A stretch of 64,000 nucleotides of DNA from Vulcanimicrobiota bacterium. GTDB lineage: Bacteria > Vulcanimicrobiota > Vulcanimicrobiia > Vulcanimicrobiales > Vulcanimicrobiaceae. How positions within the stretch are numbered: the stretch's first letter is position 1; each line of letters begins with the position of its first letter. The stretch spans positions 512,001 through 576,000 of the forward strand of contig CAWGBN010000008.1 in NCBI GenBank assembly GCA_963820825.1, in the 5' to 3' direction. A program made the position numbers and the translations under genes. Positions 58,341-64,000 of this stretch are shown piece after piece. The notes under the pieces were generated by a model. The model was not told the DNA's origin, ran no database searches, and saw only the letters and a program-made list of their open reading frames with translations.

Positions 58341-59675
58341 ATGAGTCGTCGCGTCGCTGCTGCTGCTTGTTTGATCGCGCTCATGATGGTGGCGGGATGC
58401 GGGCAATCGGTCAGCCCGTATGCCGCGCAACGAGCTGCCGCCCTTGCTAAGAATAGCGGATCTGACTATACCGAGACGGTGTTGCATGAATTCAAAAGCA
58501 GCCCCGACGCCGCGAGTCCGGAGGCCGGCGTCATCCTCGCTCCGGACGGCACGCTCTACGGCACGACGATCGCCGGCGGGAAACATAAGGCTTGCTTCGG
58601 CGGCTATAACGGCGGCTGCGGAACCGTGTACGCGATCGACACGAGCGGCCACGAGCACTTAGTCTACAGCTTCAAAGGAAAGCCCGACGCGAGCGAACCC
58701 TTTGCCGGACTCATTCGCCACAACGGCGTCTTCTATGGCACGACCGCCAGCGGCGGCAGTTACAAGCCGTGCTACATCTATGGCGGCGATGGATGCGGCA
58801 CGATATTCAAAATCGACCGCACGGGCGGCGAGAGCGTGCTCTACGATTTCAAAGGGAATTTCGGAAGCGGACCGATGGACGGACAGGGGCCGATGGGCGG
58901 CCTCATCGCCGATTCAGACGGAAACCTCTACGGCACGACGCCCTTCGGCGGTGCGAATAACCGTGGGGCGATCTTCGAGCTTGCCAAAGACGGAACGGAA
59001 CGCGTGCTCTACTCCTTTACGGGATACAACGACGGAGCACGTCCGTACTCGGGCGTGATTCGCGACGGCAGGGGCGACTTATACGGCGTTGCCTATTTCG
59101 GCGGCAACGGTGCGTGCACCGGCGGATGCGGAACGATCTTCGAGCTGAACCCGAGCGGCTCGTTCGGCGTGCTCTATTCGTTCACCGGAGGGAAGGACGG
59201 CGGAAACCCGATCGGCGGGATGGCGATGGACGCCTCGGGCAATCTTTACGGCACGGCGCAGAATTACGGCAATCTCAACTGCAACAAACGCGGCGGCAAC
59301 CCCGGTTGCGGAACGGTCTTTCGGTTCAGCGCGGCGCACAAGTTCAAAGTGCTGCACGAATTCGCCGGGAGTCCCGACGGTGCGGTACCGTCGGAGAACC
59401 TGATCGTCGATTCGAACGGCAACTTGTACGGCACGACGTCCTTCGGCGGCGACAGCAGCTGCAACGGCGGCTATAGCTGCGGGACGGTCTTCGAAGTCGA
59501 CGCGCGCGGGCACGAGTCCGTGCTGCATACCTTTGCCGGCGGCTCGAACGACGGTGAGGTTCCGTATGGGCCGGTGCGGCGCGACGCCGCGGGCGATCTC
59601 TACGGGACGACGGTCAGTGGTGGCACCGGCCCGTGCAATCGCGGCTGCGGTATTGTGTTTAAGCTGACGCGGTAG
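58341..59675 (+). CDS. GloVer-type tandem-repeat lipoprotein with Cys-loop inserts
   Basis: Lipobox VAGC; repeats GNLYGTTxxGG...C..GCGTVF. Confidence 0.88.
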   Translation: MSRRVAAAACLIALMMVAGCGQSVSPYAAQRAAALAKNSGSDYTETVLHEFKSSPDAASPEAGVILAPDGTLYGTTIAGGKHKACFGGYNGGCGTVYAIDTSGHEHLVYSFKGKPDASEPFAGLIRHNGVFYGTTASGGSYKPCYIYGGDGCGTIFKIDRTGGESVLYDFKGNFGSGPMDGQGPMGGLIADSDGNLYGTTPFGGANNRGAIFELAKDGTERVLYSFTGYNDGARPYSGVIRDGRGDLYGVAYFGGNGACTGGCGTIFELNPSGSFGVLYSFTGGKDGGNPIGGMAMDASGNLYGTAQNYGNLNCNKRGGNPGCGTVFRFSAAHKFKVLHEFAGSPDGAVPSENLIVDSNGNLYGTTSFGGDSSCNGGYSCGTVFEVDARGHESVLHTFAGGSNDGEVPYGPVRRDAAGDLYGTTVSGGTGPCNRGCGIVFKLTR

Positions 59676-59681
59676 TAACTG

Positions 59682-59777
59682 TTACCGGAACAGCACCATG
59701 ATTGCGGCGCAGACGAAGAAGATGCCGAGGGCAATGTCGAGTATGTCGATTTGTTGGGGTTTTATTGAGCGTATCAT
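59682..59777 (-). CDS. Small single-pass membrane protein (31 aa)
   Basis: MIRSIKPQQIDILDIALGIFFVCAAIMVLFR*; TAATTT 7 nt upstream of the ATG. Confidence 0.5.
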   Translation of the reverse strand: MIRSIKPQQIDILDIALGIFFVCAAIMVLFR

Positions 59778-59896
59778 TTCTACTAAATTAAAACGACGCG
59801 TCGAGCGCGGTGGTTCCACCATCCGGATGTAACCCTAACCCAGGTCACTAATCCGTGATAAAAGGTCTGGTTCGCGCCGGTATGCAAGGCGCAAAT

Positions 59897-61202
59897 ATGA
59901 ACAAGCAGCCGTTCGCCCTCGCCTTTGCCATCGTCGTCACGCTGCCGCTCGCTACGCCGGGAATTGCGAGCGCTCAAGTGTCGCTGACGCCGTTCTACGA
60001 CGCCGTGACCCGGATGACGCCCGACGGCAAGTTGGGACAGGTCGTCAAGACCGAAGAGATCGACACGCCGGTCGCCGGCGCGCGGGCGTGGCGCATCGCC
60101 TACATCTCTTCCGACGCGCAAGAACGCAAGACGCTTGCAACCGCGCTCGTTATGGCACCGACGGGTGCGGCGCCCGCGGGCGGACGTCCGATCGTCGCAT
60201 GGGCGCACGGCACCACCGGATCTGCCGAGAACTGCGGCCCGTCTCAGACAACCAACCCCGCACAACCGCTCAATCAATACTTCTTGATCGGCGGCAACTC
60301 GTGGACCGACTACGGCCTGCCGAGCGTCGATGCGTTCGTCAAAGACGGATACGTCGTCGTCGGAACGGATTACCAGGGACTCGGCGGCGGCGGCAAACAT
60401 CAATACGCCGTCGCGGCGACGAACGCGACGCGACGTCATCAATTCGGTGCGCGCGGTGGCATCCATGGCCGAGGTTGGCGCGCGGAAACGTGCGGTCGTC
60501 TACGGCTGGTCGCAGGGTGGCGGCGCGACGCTCGCTGCCGCGAGCTTGAGCGACTACATCGCGCAGACGGGCACGGCCGCCGACGGCATCGATTTTCTCG
60601 GCTTCGTCGGCTTGGCACCCGACGACGTCGCCGCGGTCATGCCGGCGAATCTCAACGACGAGGCCGCCGCCGCAGATGCGGTGAGCAAACTCGCGGCGAG
60701 TTTCTCCGACAACGTCTTCAACTTCACCCATTTTGCGATGACGATGTGGGGAACGCAGGCCGCCTTTCCCGGTCTGCAGCTCACCGATCTCTTTACGGCC
60801 GACGGCGCCAGCGCCATAGACGAGATCGCAACCGACAAATGCGTGCACGTCTTCTCCGATACGCTCACCTACACGTACGGATCGAACTTTAAATCGTTGA
60901 TGAAGCCGGCGGCGAGCAACGCATTGGCATGGGCGACGGCGCTGTCAAAGGGCAGCGTCGCGCCGGTCAAGCCGGTGGCGCCGGTGATCATCTATTGGGG
61001 AACGGCCGATACGGTCGTGCCGCCGGTAATGGGCGAGCTCTATCGCAACCAGATGTGCAGACTCGGCGCGAACGTGACGCGCGTCCAACTCGCCGGCGCA
61101 CAGACGCACTTCTCGACGCCGGGCGCATCGGCGCCGCTCTACGTACCCTGGATCGAGGATCGCTTCGCGGGCAAAGCCGTGCCGGACGGATGCGCGATTT
61201 AG
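59897..61202 (+). CDS. Secretory lipase family alpha/beta hydrolase (one frameshift near 60430)
   Basis: VAWAHGTTG, TDYQGLG, then GWSQGG, GTADTVVP and TH in the shifted frame. Confidence 0.85.
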
Positions 61203-61222
61203 CGAGCCGTGATAACGGCCGG

Positions 61223-61507
61223 TCAGATCGGCGTTAGAATTTCGCCGGCGCGTTCTTTGGCGAGCGCTCGCACGCCTTCGATCACCAGGCTCCGATAGTG
61301 ATCCGTTTTCGTGTGAAAGTCGAGCGCTGCGCGATCGCGGTAGACTTCCCATAGCGCAAAGACGTTGGGTTGCTCGGTGCTTCGACCGACGTCGAAGGAA
61401 ATGACGCCGGCCTCTGCGCGCGAGCGATCGCACAGCTCTCGAAAGATTGCTTCCGCTCGGTCTGCATCCTCGGGAGCGAAGACAAAGCGCACGGCTTGAA
61501 CGATCAT
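61223..61507 (-). CDS. ABM / putative quinol monooxygenase
   Basis: SRAEAGVISF...FALWEVYRDRAALDFH. Confidence 0.85.
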   Translation of the reverse strand: MIVQAVRFVFAPEDADRAEAIFRELCDRSRAEAGVISFDVGRSTEQPNVFALWEVYRDRAALDFHTKTDHYRSLVIEGVRALAKERAGEILTPI

Positions 61508-61598
61508 ATTATCCTTATTCGACTACGATAGCACGCTTGAAGCAAACGTAGCGTTACAAGCCCTGCCTGCATCCCGATTCCGACGCGCCGGAAGGTTA

Positions 61599-62441
61599 TT
61601 AAGACTTCGTCAGGCGCGCGTAGAGCGGTACGAGCACGAGGCCCGCGATAACGTAGACGAGGACGACGGGAAGCACCATCTTCGTGGCGTTGTTCGCTTG
61701 CGCGAGGATCAGCGCGGGCACCGGAAAGCGCGCGGCGAGCATCGCGGCGAGCGTCACGCGCGTATCGCCTCCGGGACCGCCGAAGAGATGCGCGACGAGC
61801 ACCGCGAGCGCTACGAAGCCCACGACGATCGCAATCGATGCGATGTGAAACTTCAAGAGGATCGGCACGGCAACGATCAGCACCAAGACCCCCAGCACCA
61901 TGAACGCGACGTTTGCAGCGATACCGACCGGCTTGACGATCGCGTCGGCAACGGCGGGCAGATAGCGGCGCGTCAGCAAGCCGAGGAAGATCGGCACGAC
62001 GAAGAACATCAGGCTGCGCGAAAGCACCGGCCCCCACGTGAGGTTCAAGTTATCGGCGGCGATACCAAGGCTCTGTACGATCGTCACCGTGAGCGGAATC
62101 GTCACCACGGAGATGAGGAACGCTTCCGCCTGCCAGGCGAGCCCGATGTCGAAGTTGCCCATCTTACGCAACCGCTTCGACGCCGGCGGTGCCGGCGGCG
62201 CAATCGACATCAGCGCGAGCCCGACCCAGAGCGCTCTCGGCAAGATTCCGAACGCGCCGAGCGCCGTCGCGATCGCCGGCATAACAACGAAGGCCGCGAG
62301 AAAGAAACGCAGGTTCAGTCCCCATCGCGCGAGCAGCGCGCGCAGTTGGGGGCCGCCCGTCTCGACGCCGATGTGGAAGGTCATCAGCGGCTGCGCGATC
62401 ATCACGATGATGCCGATCGCCGCGACTAGTTTTTGTGCCAA
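61599..62441 (-). CDS. Bile acid:sodium symporter (BASS)-like transporter
   Basis: Multiple TM segments; VVMP, GLALMSIAPPAP, LFGGP. Confidence 0.7.
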   Translation of the reverse strand: MAQKLVAAIGIIVMIAQPLMTFHIGVETGGPQLRALLARWGLNLRFFLAAFVVMPAIATALGAFGILPRALWVGLALMSIAPPAPPASKRLRKMGNFDIGLAWQAEAFLISVVTIPLTVTIVQSLGIAADNLNLTWGPVLSRSLMFFVVPIFLGLLTRRYLPAVADAIVKPVGIAANVAFMVLGVLVLIVAVPILLKFHIASIAIVVGFVALAVLVAHLFGGPGGDTRVTLAAMLAARFPVPALILAQANNATKMVLPVVLVYVIAGLVLVPLYARLTKS

Positions 62442-62524
62442 ACGCTCTCCATCGCTTCTGAGAATGCCCTTCGGCGTCGCCGCGCACCTGCGCGCGAGAG
62501 GTCGTCGGCGCCGTTTCCTGGTAG

Positions 62525-63535
62525 TTGCTCAGCGAAATCGAATCGGGAGGTGCCAGTGTGGTTGTAGCGCGCAGAGCTTTCAGCGCTTCGGCAATCCGCG
62601 CGGCCGGCGGCATTCTCGGGGCCGCGGCGGTGATTGGGTGCGCCGCGCTGATGGGCTGGGGCACGATCTGGAACGCTTGGATTTACGCGGTCATCGCTTT
62701 AGTGCTGGTCTACGCAATCTCGATGCTCGTCTCCGGAAAGGCGAGCCCATTTCAGCTCGCGGTCGGCGCGGACGGCCTGCTGAGCGTCTCAAAGTTCCAA
62801 TTTCTCGCGTGGAACGTCACCGTGCTCTGCTGTTACGTGTGGCTGGCTGCGGTTTCGTACTACAACCATCCGAACTGGTGGTACGCGCTGGTGGTTCCGC
62901 ATAACGTGCTCTACATAATGGGCTTCAGCATCGTCACGCTGGCAACGGCAAAGGGCATCACCGTCTCGTACCTCAACGGCGGACGTATCAGCAAACCCCC
63001 GATGCACAACGAGAGCAGCCGGCTTGCGTATCTGTGCGCGCGCGACGACGGCGTCAGTCCCGATCTCGTCAAGATTCAAATGCTCGCGTGGACGACCGTT
63101 GCACTCGTCGTCTTCGTTGGGCGCGTGATTCATTCGGCCTCTCCCGCCGATCCGACCCACGCGATGGCGCAGATTCCCGACATCGATCAAGCGCTCATGG
63201 TGCTGATGGGCCTCGGTCAAGCCGCCTATCTCGGAAATAAGCTGACTGGGAGCGACGTCCCGGTCATTGCCGGCATCGCGCCGGCGGCGCTGGCGCGCGC
63301 GGCCGGCGGCACGATTACGGTGAGCGGTTCGAATCTCGAGGGACACTTGACGCTCTGTATCGACAACCTTCCGGTCGGTACGGTGGCAGTCGCACCGCAC
63401 AGCACGTCGACCCGCGTGACGGTTCCCCCCTCGACGCTCGCCGGCGCGGGAATCGAGGCCGGGGCTCACACCGTGTCGTGCAACGTCGACGGCGTGCAGT
63501 CGTCGAACTCGGTACCGCTGACCGTTACGGAGTAG
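62525..63535 (+). CDS. Membrane protein with a C-terminal IPT/TIG-like domain
   Basis: Duplicated SKFQFLAW / VKIQMLAW TM units; PVIAGIAP...ITVSGSNL. Confidence 0.7.
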   Translation: MLSEIESGGASVVVARRAFSASAIRAAGGILGAAAVIGCAALMGWGTIWNAWIYAVIALVLVYAISMLVSGKASPFQLAVGADGLLSVSKFQFLAWNVTVLCCYVWLAAVSYYNHPNWWYALVVPHNVLYIMGFSIVTLATAKGITVSYLNGGRISKPPMHNESSRLAYLCARDDGVSPDLVKIQMLAWTTVALVVFVGRVIHSASPADPTHAMAQIPDIDQALMVLMGLGQAAYLGNKLTGSDVPVIAGIAPAALARAAGGTITVSGSNLEGHLTLCIDNLPVGTVAVAPHSTSTRVTVPPSTLAGAGIEAGAHTVSCNVDGVQSSNSVPLTVTE

Positions 63536-64000
63536 CGCCCTCGGCTGCTCTGCGGATCTCGTTGATGTCGAGCTTCTTCATCTGCAGCAGCGCCTTCATC
63601 GCGCGGTCGCGCTTCTCGGGATCGTCGTGACCGACGTAGTCGCTCAAACCCTTCGGCACGATGTTCCAGGCGAATCCGAACCTATCGCGCAGCCAACCGC
63701 ACTGTAGAATCTCGCCGCCCTCGGCGAGACGATCCCAGACGTTGTCGAGCTCGCCTTGGGTTTCGCAGGTGACGAAGAACGCGACGCCACCGCGCGGGGG
63801 AACGTCCGTTTCCTCCGAGCCGCCCACGCCGCCGCCGTTGAGCGCCATGAACTCTTGTCCCTCGAGCGTAAACTCGATCATCATCGGCTTGCCTTTGGGT
63901 CCGGGACCCGCGTCGCCGTAGGGCGTTACTTTGTCGATCTTGGCGTTTTTGAAGATCGAGATGTAGAAGTCGATCGCCTCCTCCGCTTCGTCGTTGAACC
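63525..64000 (-). CDS. VOC family (PhnB / 3-demethylubiquinone-9 methyltransferase-like) protein, 5' end outside the window
   Basis: FNDEAEEAIDFY, FMALNGG, CGWLRDRFGFAW, MKKLDI. Confidence 0.9.
   Translation of the reverse strand, partial: FNDEAEEAIDFYISIFKNAKIDKVTPYGDAGPGPKGKPMMIEFTLEGQEFMALNGGGVGGSEETDVPPRGGVAFFVTCETQGELDNVWDRLAEGGEILQCGWLRDRFGFAWNIVPKGLSDYVGHDDPEKRDRAMKALLQMKKLDINEIRRAAEGATP

Noticed and set aside
54512..59675. Periodic nucleotide repeats that could suggest a CRISPR array
   Set aside because: They are degenerate coding repeats of GloVer proteins, with no identical repeats separated by unique spacers and no cas genes.
1..64000. Many long antisense or alternative-frame ORFs in the track (e.g. 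22350-23621, 40890-41927, 42296-43627)
   Set aside because: Shadow ORFs expected at high GC; they are Arg/Ala-rich and overlap well-supported genes.

Overview
High-GC bacterial chromosomal window with about 70 protein genes. No rRNA, tRNA, CRISPR array, transposase or integrase was recognised. The gene content (many secreted beta-propeller and GloVer-repeat lipoproteins, several ECF sigma factors) is compatible with a soil bacterium such as Ca. Eremiobacterota/Vulcanimicrobiota; this is inference only. Main blocks: (i) two YCII/ECF42 sigma modules with matching promoter motifs; (ii) an IF-1 gene missed by the ORF track that has no canonical start codon (probable ATA start); (iii) a nickel/cobalt region with an RcnA-like/DUF4331/DUF4331/TPR/NiCoT operon, a second NiCoT, and a His-rich miniprotein plus RHH-type regulator; (iv) a cluster of secreted peptidases and serine hydrolases; (v) assorted regulators and enzymes; (vi) a GH1 glycosidase with what appears to be a circularly permuted amino-acid-binding (SBP family 3) domain inserted in its barrel, the most unusual item; (vii) an XRE plus wH-PUA-PD-(D/E)XK nuclease candidate defence cassette. 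A REP-like palindromic family (TGTCATCCTGAGC...TCGAAGG, about 12 full or partial copies) brackets cassettes and supplies a start codon, a stop codon and an in-frame insertion to genes. Clustered frameshifts (about 1-850, 32092, 47000-50150, 60430) look like long-read errors. All family calls come from motif recognition, not database searches.
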